Source of the DNA: a virus
Direction: 5' to 3' (one strand)
Length of the DNA: 64,000 nt
Virus record (IMG/VR): IMGVR_UViG_3300028666_000032
Location: 5,879 to 69,878 of that record
Below are positions 1-7,894 of this stretch, in pieces. Position 1 is the stretch's first letter, and every line of letters begins with the position of its first letter. A program made the translations under genes and the position numbers. The notes beneath the pieces are model-generated. The model saw only the letters and a list, made by a program, of their open reading frames with translations, was not told where the DNA came from and did no database searches.

Positions 1-685
1 TTTTGACGGCGCGGCTGATGCCGGTGTTTATGCCACTTGTCATCGCCACATTGCCGAAATTAAAATAGCCAGCCGCTTGCGCGAGATCGCAAAGAATGCT
101 TGTGGATGAACTTCCAGCGCCAACAGATGATGAGACAGTGAGACTGGCTTTATTGAAGGTGCAATTGCTGTCGCCGAATGTCCAGGCACACTTCGGCATG
201 TATTGACGGCGCGGCATGTAGATGTTGAGTAGGTATTTTGGGTCTTTGCATTTTAGTGAAGCTGTGTTGCGCGTAACATCGACTTCCGTCACTAGGCCTA
301 GGAATACACGCACGGTGCCAAGGCTTGTATCACCGGAACTCGGCATAAAGAGACGTTCCCGTTGAACGGTTGCATTGTCCATTAGTCCTGCCCGCAGCGC
401 CTGCAGGAAAGGTATGCTGCCGATCATGCTCGGCTTTGCACCGAGGTTTGGATAGCAAGTCAGATCAGTTTCATCGGCATCAAGCCCACGGGTTTGCTTG
501 AGCTTCCCGCCAACGAGAATGACATCGTGCGAAAGAAAAGTATTGCCGCTGATGGTCAGATGCCTATCCCAACCCGTGTAACGAAGCACGGTTCCGTTCA
601 CGAGCGAAAACGTCCACAAATCCGCAAAATCCACGACCCGGTTTGAGCCGAGATAAGCGATCAAGGCTGGGCTGGCATTTTTCAT
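1..685 (-). CDS. DUF2163/BR0599-family tail hub protein (RcGTA g13-like), runs off the left edge
   Basis: Manual translation from ATG at 685: MKNASPALIAYLGSNRVVDFADLWTFSLVNGTVLRYTGWD...MPRRQYMPKCAWTFGDSNC. It follows the DUF2460-like gene, as in GTA-type tails. Confidence 0.8.
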   Translation of the reverse strand, partial: MKNASPALIAYLGSNRVVDFADLWTFSLVNGTVLRYTGWDRHLTISGNTFLSHDVILVGGKLKQTRGLDADETDLTCYPNLGAKPSMIGSIPFLQALRAGLMDNATVQRERLFMPSSGDTSLGTVRVFLGLVTEVDVTRNTASLKCKDPKYLLNIYMPRRQYMPKCAWTFGDSNCTFNKASLTVSSSVGAGSSSTSILCDLAQAAGYFNFGNVAMTSGINTGISRAVK

Positions 686-695
686 TGATACCAGC

Positions 696-1304
696 TCATT
701 TGCAACTTTCGAATTCTATAGCCTTCATGCTCCATCGATTCCGGATGAAGTTCTGGAACTCTGGTTCATCCGAAAGAAATCGGCATACGAAATAAAAGGT
801 GAAAGTTGCGGCAACCGCCGCATTCAGCAGAGGGGCTGTAGTGAAATTGATCGTGTCGTTGGCATAGCCGAAGGAGCTACTTAGCGTGTAAGCCGAGGTC
901 GGCGTGCCATTCACGGTCACTTGGCTAATCGCATTCACTGCCAGGATTGGTTCTGTGAAACCACCCAGCGTTCTTACCAAAGGAAATGCCGTCTGCGATC
1001 CGGTTCCGACACCCAGCGGCTGGCTTGTTACGGTATTGTCCGGGGATGATGCGTCGTTATAAAGAAAATTACCCTGCTGCCCGTTCATCTGATTGCAAAA
1101 GCCGACGAGGGTTGAGTATTCCGAATAGGGGCTGAACTGGCGCAAAAACTCGACTGGAAGAGAAAACTTCCAGCGCGGATATGACCAGTTTGACGAGCGG
1201 TATTCTACCCCACTTTGTGCGGTCATGACTTGCGTCGACCACATCGGCGTCTTGCTTATACCCCATCCGATACCGAGCAATGTTGGGAACACAGGAAGCG
1301 TCAT
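696..1304 (-). CDS. DUF2460-family distal tail protein (RcGTA g12-like)
   Basis: KTPMWSTQVMTAQSGVEYRSSNWSYPRWKF, GVGTGSQTAFPLVRT and FYFVCRF motifs; directly after the tape measure gene. Start reassigned to ATG 1304. Confidence 0.8.
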   Translation of the reverse strand: MTLPVFPTLLGIGWGISKTPMWSTQVMTAQSGVEYRSSNWSYPRWKFSLPVEFLRQFSPYSEYSTLVGFCNQMNGQQGNFLYNDASSPDNTVTSQPLGVGTGSQTAFPLVRTLGGFTEPILAVNAISQVTVNGTPTSAYTLSSSFGYANDTINFTTAPLLNAAVAATFTFYFVCRFLSDEPEFQNFIRNRWSMKAIEFESCK

Positions 1305-1311
1305 ACCAGCC

Positions 1312-3480
1312 TCACATCTTTGCGAAAGCAGTGCGAAGGGTGGAATTTCCCCCGCGCGCGGCTTGAGACACTGCCGCCGCAATGGCCGCATGATTTCTCA
1401 TGAGCGACTTTTTAACGCCGTCTGAGTCCATCGCGTTGATGTGAAAATGCACATTCCCCCCGCCGCCACTTCCCAGCGTGGCGTCGCCCGCGCGAATAGC
1501 ATCCGATTGAGCGCGCGGAACGATAATTTCGCCCTGGTGGATATTGGCAAGCTGATCGTGCGGCACATAGTCGGTGCCAGTATCAAAACTATCAAATGCA
1601 GCAACCGCCGCGAAAGCCGCCGCTGCGGCAGGTGGGGCTAGAATCCATCCCACATAGGGGATGGAGGAAACGGACGCGTAAACATTCGCTGCAGCTTCTT
1701 TGGCATCTTTCATAATCTGCGATGATGATGCGGCATCACTGGAAGCCTTTTGTGCGCCTGTCGCCGCCGTATCCGAAGCTGTGCGCGCAGCATTTCCGGC
1801 TATAGTTGCTGCGGTCTGCATAAGCTCTTTTTTAATCCACTCCATACCCATCTTTGCGACAGCCTCGACAAAACTAATCACGAGATTCTGCGCCATGTTT
1901 CGGAATGCCTGCTGGAATGTCTGCGTGCCCTGCATCAGGCCTTTTATCATGCTGTCGAAGTTTTTCTCTATGGTATTGAAAATCTCGGTCCAGACTTTCA
2001 TGTCGTCCTTTACCTGGGCCTGCGTCAACTTCATGTGCTCGATATTGAACTTCTGGTCGGCTAGTACTTTTTGGTCCTGAAGCTTTTGATATTCGATTGA
2101 GTCCTTGTTGTATTGTGCCATTTCGTTATCGAAAAGCTCCGCGGTCATGGCAGCAACAACTTCGTTATAAGCCATCAGGTCGGCAAGTTCCTGCTTATGC
2201 GACATCTCCCCGCTTTCGACCTTAAGGTCGTCATATTCTTTCTTGACGTTGTAGTTCTCTTCCAACAGTTGGCGCTGCTGGGAAAAATCATCCTTGGGCT
2301 TCTCTTCCTTCGGAGCCGGCGGAGCAAATGGTGTGGCCCCCTGCTTACCGCCTGCCTTTGGTAATCCAACATGGCTGCCAGTAGCAGCGTCCATGATTTT
2401 CATAAAATTGTTGCCGAACTTATCGCCAAGCGTGCCCATTTCCGTCATGCTCTGGTCGAAAACGTCCTTCATCTCTTGAATGTCTTTGGTGAAGTCGCCC
2501 TTGATTTGGCCGAATTTCAGGGTGAATACATCGCCAAGCATATCGCCAACAAGAGCGACGGATTCGGCAAGTTCGGTAAACAGTGTCCTGGCGAGGTTAA
2601 GGAAACCCTCGAATGCTGTCTTGACGCCCTGCACGCCAATGACGAGCGCTGCCATGCCGTCGCCTAACCACTGCAAGATTTGGCCGAAGGCACCCCCGTC
2701 TTTTATGTCCTGCGAGAACGCTTCCGAGAGTTGTGTAAGGCCAACGAGCAGCGCGTTTATACCCGGCTCAAGCTGGCTGAATATAGCATCAGCAACCCCC
2801 CGCTGTGCTGCGTCGAATATCGTGATCTGCTGATGCGTCTCCGCGAATTTCTCGGCCAGTTCCGGCGATAGCCTTGATCCGGTTGCAGTCAGTGCCGATG
2901 ACAGCGAAGCCAGGCCAGCACGGCCCTGATCCAGGATCGGGATAAGGTTGGCACCGCCGCGGCCAGCAATCTGCATGGCAGCCTCGGTCTTGTTGGCACC
3001 ATCAGCCGTGTTGTGGAACTGATCTGCCATTTCCTTGAGGGCTTCATCAACATTGCCGCTGGCCAGCGTTCGTGCGCTCACCCCGGCGCGAGTGAAGGCA
3101 TCCGCAAGCTGCCCCCCTTGCGATGCCGCCAGCGCCATATTACGCTCCATGCGCAGGATGGACATCTGCGCTGTCTCGGCGTCGCCACCAGTTGCCTGCA
3201 CAGCAAATTGAAAATTCTGGATCGCGTCGACAGAAAGGCCCGTCATATGGGCTGTGCGCTCCAGCTGTTCGCCGAGATCGCTTACGCTTCGCGTGAACTC
3301 GTCCATCTTGTCGACGGCCCACATAGCGCCAATCGCTTGGGCAAAACTTTTAATCTGATCGATGGAGCCTTGGACGGAATCGGCAAAACCTTGGACGGCA
3401 TCGCTGCTTTCTTTGGCCGCTTGTTGCACGCCGGACGCATCGCCGCCGAATTTTACGGTAGGATTTGTTTCGCTAGCCAT
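1312..3480 (-). CDS. tail tape measure protein
   Basis: 722 aa, Ala-rich and helical; C-terminal FDTGTDYVPHDQLANIHQGEIIVP motif; position after the chaperone genes. Confidence 0.9.
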   Translation of the reverse strand: MASETNPTVKFGGDASGVQQAAKESSDAVQGFADSVQGSIDQIKSFAQAIGAMWAVDKMDEFTRSVSDLGEQLERTAHMTGLSVDAIQNFQFAVQATGGDAETAQMSILRMERNMALAASQGGQLADAFTRAGVSARTLASGNVDEALKEMADQFHNTADGANKTEAAMQIAGRGGANLIPILDQGRAGLASLSSALTATGSRLSPELAEKFAETHQQITIFDAAQRGVADAIFSQLEPGINALLVGLTQLSEAFSQDIKDGGAFGQILQWLGDGMAALVIGVQGVKTAFEGFLNLARTLFTELAESVALVGDMLGDVFTLKFGQIKGDFTKDIQEMKDVFDQSMTEMGTLGDKFGNNFMKIMDAATGSHVGLPKAGGKQGATPFAPPAPKEEKPKDDFSQQRQLLEENYNVKKEYDDLKVESGEMSHKQELADLMAYNEVVAAMTAELFDNEMAQYNKDSIEYQKLQDQKVLADQKFNIEHMKLTQAQVKDDMKVWTEIFNTIEKNFDSMIKGLMQGTQTFQQAFRNMAQNLVISFVEAVAKMGMEWIKKELMQTAATIAGNAARTASDTAATGAQKASSDAASSSQIMKDAKEAAANVYASVSSIPYVGWILAPPAAAAAFAAVAAFDSFDTGTDYVPHDQLANIHQGEIIVPRAQSDAIRAGDATLGSGGGGNVHFHINAMDSDGVKKSLMRNHAAIAAAVSQAARGGNSTLRTAFAKM

Positions 3481-3730
3481 TGGGCACCTGCAGCCCTAAT
3501 GCCCCAGCGAATTGTTCGAAGCTCGCCTGTTTTGGAGTCTCATAGCCCATGAAGGCAGCGGCCAGGACGTGTGTTGGGGGGTATTTTTTCCAGTAGCGGC
3601 GATAAGATATCATGCGTTCCACCGTGAGCGTCTGCTCGATTTCTTCCCATGGCCTGCCGAGGCAATAGGAGAACTCGGCGATAATTTCGTCCCAGTCGAG
3701 CGCCGCTAGCTGCTCGGCTGCGCTTCCCCC
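3473..3730 (-). CDS. tail assembly chaperone frameshift extension (gpT-like segment)
   Basis: Open -1 frame AEQLAALDWDEIIAEFSYCLGRPWEEIEQ...PNG*, reached via G GGG GAA at 3730-3724; no obvious own start. Confidence 0.7.
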   Translation of the reverse strand, partial: GGSAAEQLAALDWDEIIAEFSYCLGRPWEEIEQTLTVERMISYRRYWKKYPPTHVLAAAFMGYETPKQASFEQFAGALGLQVPNG

Positions 3731-4107
3731 GTGATGCCGCCCTCCGATGACGGCGCGGCCACAAACAGGCCCGTTTGTTTCTGCACGACACGCGCGATTG
3801 CCATCATGTCGCCGAAGGAAATGTTCATGTTTTCGAGATCGGCAAACTTGATTGCCGTGCCTTTAGGTGAGTTGCGCTCCGGATCATTTGGCCAGATCAC
3901 GCCCCAATAGACCACCTTGAGAAGCTGCTCGAAATGCTCGGTCTTGAGGGGGGAAGGTTCGCCTGTCTTGAGCGCTTCCGCTGTCTTCAGCATTACAGGC
4001 ATGACCTGCATCAGATCAGGCATGACGTATTTCAGTTGCTTGGGAACCAATGCGGGAACCGCATATTCCTTACCGTCGATTGTTACTTTTGGTGTGTCTT
4101 CACTCAT
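3706..4107 (-). CDS. tail assembly chaperone (gpG-like)
   Basis: Lies between the major tail and tape measure genes and ends with slippery GGGGGAA just before its stop. Confidence 0.75.
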   Translation of the reverse strand: MSEDTPKVTIDGKEYAVPALVPKQLKYVMPDLMQVMPVMLKTAEALKTGEPSPLKTEHFEQLLKVVYWGVIWPNDPERNSPKGTAIKFADLENMNISFGDMMAIARVVQKQTGLFVAAPSSEGGITGEAQPSS

Positions 4108-4318
4108 AACCCATTGCCTTTCTAACTCTCAGTAAAAACGTGCGGCACTCCTGCAGGATGTCCTCGCTGATCTCGCCGCGGTCGATGCGAACAATCAGGT
4201 CATGCGCCTGATCCGCAATAAACTTTGGCGCTGGCACCGCGGCACGACCTGCCCTGTACTCATAATGGCCCTTGCCATTCATAAGGTTGTGGACTTCGGC
4301 GGTTCTCGGCTTATCCAT
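4100..4318 (-). CDS. hypothetical protein
   Basis: 72-aa ORF translationally coupled to both neighbours. Confidence 0.55.
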   Translation of the reverse strand: MDKPRTAEVHNLMNGKGHYEYRAGRAAVPAPKFIADQAHDLIVRIDRGEISEDILQECRTFLLRVRKAMGYE

Positions 4319-5067
4319 TATTGTGACAGTGTAATCTTGCCCAGATTGTTGGAGGCGTCGGTATAGGCCTCAAAATCGAAATCAAAGATCGAGTATTCTT
4401 GATTGCTGACCGGCATCGTGAGGTTTTGAGACACGCATTGATTGAGATGCATGTTGAACACGTTGCCCTTGTATGTGGTCGCCAGAACCATCAGGAAGGT
4501 GGGCGTTGTTCCCATCAACTGATTGGTGAGGACAAGCTCGTTCGCCGATGTAGCAGTATATTCATAGCTGATTTGAACGGCTACCGATGCATCGCCGGAG
4601 AAGAAGGTATAGACGCCAGCAGAGACCGTATATTGCCCAACGGCAGTAAGAGAAGCCACGCGCACAAAGGGGATACCGGAGGAGGCATAGATCACGCCAA
4701 GGTCTTGGGTAAAGGTGGCGGAATGCGTGACGGTAACGGTATAAGTGCTGCTTCCGGGAATAGTTCCTGCTTCGCCAACGGCCACGAGGAGAGCTGTGGC
4801 AGAGGTGACACCTTCACCGAAAAAGAGATCGAAATAGCTTGAGAAAATCTGGGCTGAAGTGGCTTTGCCTGTGACCTTAACCGGGCCGCGCGCCACATCT
4901 TGCGGGAACTGATACTGGCCGTGCAATTCCTTATTCTGGCCTGCGAATTTGATTTCTGCTTTTTGCAGAACACCGAATTTAACGGCTGTTGGGGTAGCAC
5001 CTGCGGCGGCATCGGTGCGGACGGCATACATGCTGCCGGAGGCGAAGTTATAGGCCAATGAACTCAT
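4318..5067 (-). CDS. major tail (tube) protein
   Basis: FGVLQKAEIKFAGQNKELHGQYQFPQDVARG and FDFEAYTD; position in the tail module; GGGAGA RBS before ATG 5067. Confidence 0.8.
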   Translation of the reverse strand: MSSLAYNFASGSMYAVRTDAAAGATPTAVKFGVLQKAEIKFAGQNKELHGQYQFPQDVARGPVKVTGKATSAQIFSSYFDLFFGEGVTSATALLVAVGEAGTIPGSSTYTVTVTHSATFTQDLGVIYASSGIPFVRVASLTAVGQYTVSAGVYTFFSGDASVAVQISYEYTATSANELVLTNQLMGTTPTFLMVLATTYKGNVFNMHLNQCVSQNLTMPVSNQEYSIFDFDFEAYTDASNNLGKITLSQ

Positions 5068-5086
5068 CGAAGTCTCCCGAACTCCG

Positions 5087-5135
5087 CTGCGCAATCAGCT
5101 TACAGGGGCCTAGTAAGCCCCTGTTGCAAATTACC
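5087..5135 (-). promoter_or_regulatory. late leader element copy 1 (hairpin with TTACTAG loop + GCTGATTGCGCAG box)
   Basis: Minus strand ACAGGGGC-TTACTAG-GCCCCTGT, then GCTGATTGCGCAG 20 nt before the major tail ATG; same element at 17151 and 62936. Confidence 0.7.
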
Positions 5136-5161
5136 AGAATGCCGCGTCCTGTACAAGCACG

Positions 5162-5611
5162 TTAAGGGCCTCCCCACGGCACTAAAGCTCGGAGGGTAAA
5201 GAGCGCCATGCCCTGCCCGTTCAGGTATCCCGGCGCACGGTGGATAGGGCCATCTATCCAAACGTGGTTCACAACGCCGCCCAGCGTTTGGACGAAGGCG
5301 TTCGCCCCCGGCCCGGCTACGGCTAGCTCGATAGCATCCAGAAGCGTATTCATTTGGGTGTCCGGCGTCACATTCGGGTCTTGGCCTGCGTTGATGTAGA
5401 GGAAAATATCGAAATCCAGCGTGATCATGGGCGGCGTAGCCGTGCCGTTCGGATAAACGTAGTTTTCCTCGGGATTGCCCATATAGAGCGCAGGCATGGC
5501 AACCGAGTTGTCCCAAAGAGCAGGACGGCGGCTGGAATAGTTTATGCCGGGTACGACTTTAAGCAGGGCGAACAGAGCGACCGCTACCTCTTCGCGAGTT
5601 GGCGAGTTCAA
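5162..5611 (-). CDS. tail terminator/completion protein
   Basis: 149 aa upstream of the major tail gene; LLDAIELAV...TLGGVVNHVWIDG motif typical of siphovirus terminators. Confidence 0.65.
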   Translation of the reverse strand: MNSPTREEVAVALFALLKVVPGINYSSRRPALWDNSVAMPALYMGNPEENYVYPNGTATPPMITLDFDIFLYINAGQDPNVTPDTQMNTLLDAIELAVAGPGANAFVQTLGGVVNHVWIDGPIHRAPGYLNGQGMALFTLRALVPWGGP

Positions 5612-6129
5612 GCAATCCTCGCAAATTTGCCGTGGTATTTATGTGCAGCTTCGCTGTAAACGAGGGATGCTAGAATGATATCATCGTAATATCCGAGATG
5701 ACGCCTTTTGCCGTTATAGTTAATTTGGACCATATATTTCCCAGCTCTCTTATTGAAACTAACCCCCTTAAAACCACTGGTATTATTAGAACCGATCTTC
5801 CTATTCAGAGAATTTTGGTAATCGGTTGCTGTTCGCAGCTCGGCGATATTGGTCCGTGCGCGGAACCCATTTTTGTGATCCAAGTCACCTTCGGGCCATG
5901 CCCCATGAAAATGACACCAGCCTATGCGGTGCGCCTTATAGGCCCTTCCGTTAATTTTTATCACCCAATATCCCTTTGCATCCATACTCCCGGCCTTTTT
6001 ACCGGCATATTTATTATTCCACGACTTCATCTGCCAATTGGTAACAGGCCTTTCCTTCCAGAACAAATCCCCGGTTTCGCAAAAGTAGTCGAATGTGGCT
6101 CTAATAAATTCAGGAGTTGGCAGCATCAT
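5608..6129 (-). CDS. HNH endonuclease with AP2 DNA-binding domain
   Basis: YKAHRIGW...DLDHKNG; NNTSGFKGVSF...HLGYY...AAHKYHGKFA (AP2 domain). Confidence 0.9.
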   Translation of the reverse strand: MMLPTPEFIRATFDYFCETGDLFWKERPVTNWQMKSWNNKYAGKKAGSMDAKGYWVIKINGRAYKAHRIGWCHFHGAWPEGDLDHKNGFRARTNIAELRTATDYQNSLNRKIGSNNTSGFKGVSFNKRAGKYMVQINYNGKRRHLGYYDDIILASLVYSEAAHKYHGKFARIA

Positions 6130-6605
6130 TTATCCATTATAGCGTTATTAACCGCTGTTGCCATGCCATCGATGATAATATCCCTGTAATCAGTAAGCGA
6201 CGAGCGGAGGTATGATCTCTCGGGAAGCGTAAATCCGCGGGCAAACTTGGCGAAAACGTCCTGTCCACCAGATTTCCAGTGCATTGCTTTTCCTGAAACC
6301 GGATACCTGTCTGGGATGATCGCACCGAACTCCTGCGCCCCTGCATATGGTGCAGTAGATGTGTTTGCATAAACCCGGCCAATAACGGAAGTTCCGCTGT
6401 CCTGCACGTCATGCTGGATCGAGGATTGCAGCCTGCCGGTGATCTTGTTGAGCACCTGCCCGCTTAGCTTATCAACCACCACATGACGCTGCAGATCAAG
6501 GGCGAGTTTTGTCACCTCTAGCACCAACGCCCGGTGGATTTTCTCCGGCATGGCGTTGAACTTGGCGATGACTTCCGTGTCGCCCGTAATGGTAACATTC
6601 AACAT
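6126..6605 (-). CDS. HK97 gp10/Mu gpG-like neck/tail completion protein
   Basis: TGRLQSSI, PYAGAQEFG and LPERSYLRSSL motifs. Confidence 0.75.
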   Translation of the reverse strand: MLNVTITGDTEVIAKFNAMPEKIHRALVLEVTKLALDLQRHVVVDKLSGQVLNKITGRLQSSIQHDVQDSGTSVIGRVYANTSTAPYAGAQEFGAIIPDRYPVSGKAMHWKSGGQDVFAKFARGFTLPERSYLRSSLTDYRDIIIDGMATAVNNAIMDK

Positions 6606-6606
6606 C

Positions 6607-7890
6607 TCAACCCGTCCATTCCAGGCGGTAGGGGGCGAGGCGTTCCTTGATCGGGTCCGTCATGGCCACAATGGTGTAGGACGATGTTTCCTGACCTCCC
6701 AGGCTCTGGCTTACCTGCCCGATGCGTGATTTATAGCGATAGCGCTCAGCAACCAGTTCAATGCAGGCCTGCTCAACATCGTAAGGAACGTAGTTATAAT
6801 TGATGAATACCGGAATTCCGGCGTCTGCTTGTGAGAATTCATAGTAAAGCCTCGGCGTATCGCCGGTCACGCAAGGCGGAACATATTGCCCTTTCTGCGG
6901 ATTGGCTTTGACGGCTACCAGCGCTCCTCCACCGATATTAATACCCTGATCGAGCAGCACATCTCCGTCCTGATCTTGCAATGCATCTCCGCTTTGATCC
7001 TCGATATCCTCAGGCACGTTGCTGTTCTGATAGTAGACTCCGACATCGCCACTCCATGATCCGAAGGCAGAGAGCGGCGTAACAGTTGGAGTAATGTCGA
7101 TAATTCCTTGATCCATAAGAGGCTCGCCGCCGATATAGACAATGCCGCTTTGATCCATCAATGGATTACCGCTTTGATCAAGGATCGGATTGCCGCTCTG
7201 ATCGAGCAGCGGCTGGCCCATTTGCTGCGCCCCGCTCTGATCCAGAATTGGGTTGCCGTTCTGGTCGAGAATAGGTTGCGGCGGAGCCAGTACCACCGCA
7301 CTCTGGTCAACCAAGGGGTAGCCATTCTGGTCAAGGATAACCTTGCCTGCCTGATCGAGCAGAAAGAAGGATGGGATCACCTGAGGCTCGTTTAGCGCAG
7401 CATATCCATAAGTGTAGTTGACCGAGATATTGCCATAGCCTCGCACGAACGGCCCCTGGCTTCCGCCATATCCTGCGTAAGGCGAGAAGCCGACCAGTCC
7501 GGCACCGTATGATGCAACGCCACCACCAAGGCCAATCCCCCCAATGATGGCGAGGTTCTGGGGTCTTCCGGCGAGCCCACCATAGACCTGCTCAAGGTAG
7601 TAGCCGTAGCTCGTTGAAACGCTGCTGGCGGGTATGGTCACGCCATTGATGGATAAGGCATTCACTTCCAGAACCGGCCAGTTGCGCATCTGCAGCCTGC
7701 GTTCACCGCGCCCACTCACCGTTTCGATGACTGTGGTATGACCGAGTTCGGCGCGCTGTAGGTAATTCATGATCATGCGGCTGGCGTCATTGATCATGCG
7801 CAACAGCATCTTATCGTCTGTCGTGGTTGTCAGACCGAGCCAGCTTTTGACGTTTGGGAGAGAGGTTAAAATCATGACCTTAATTGACAA
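6607..7890 (-). CDS. head-tail connector (gp6-like) with internal DQxG repeat insertion
   Basis: LTSLPNVKSWLGL...DDKML at the N-terminus and VPYDVEQACIELVAERY at the C-terminus, interrupted by about 12 (I/L)(L/M)DQxG repeats. Confidence 0.7.
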   Translation of the reverse strand: MSIKVMILTSLPNVKSWLGLTTTTDDKMLLRMINDASRMIMNYLQRAELGHTTVIETVSGRGERRLQMRNWPVLEVNALSINGVTIPASSVSTSYGYYLEQVYGGLAGRPQNLAIIGGIGLGGGVASYGAGLVGFSPYAGYGGSQGPFVRGYGNISVNYTYGYAALNEPQVIPSFFLLDQAGKVILDQNGYPLVDQSAVVLAPPQPILDQNGNPILDQSGAQQMGQPLLDQSGNPILDQSGNPLMDQSGIVYIGGEPLMDQGIIDITPTVTPLSAFGSWSGDVGVYYQNSNVPEDIEDQSGDALQDQDGDVLLDQGINIGGGALVAVKANPQKGQYVPPCVTGDTPRLYYEFSQADAGIPVFINYNYVPYDVEQACIELVAERYRYKSRIGQVSQSLGGQETSSYTIVAMTDPIKERLAPYRLEWTG

Positions 7891-7894
7891 GATC

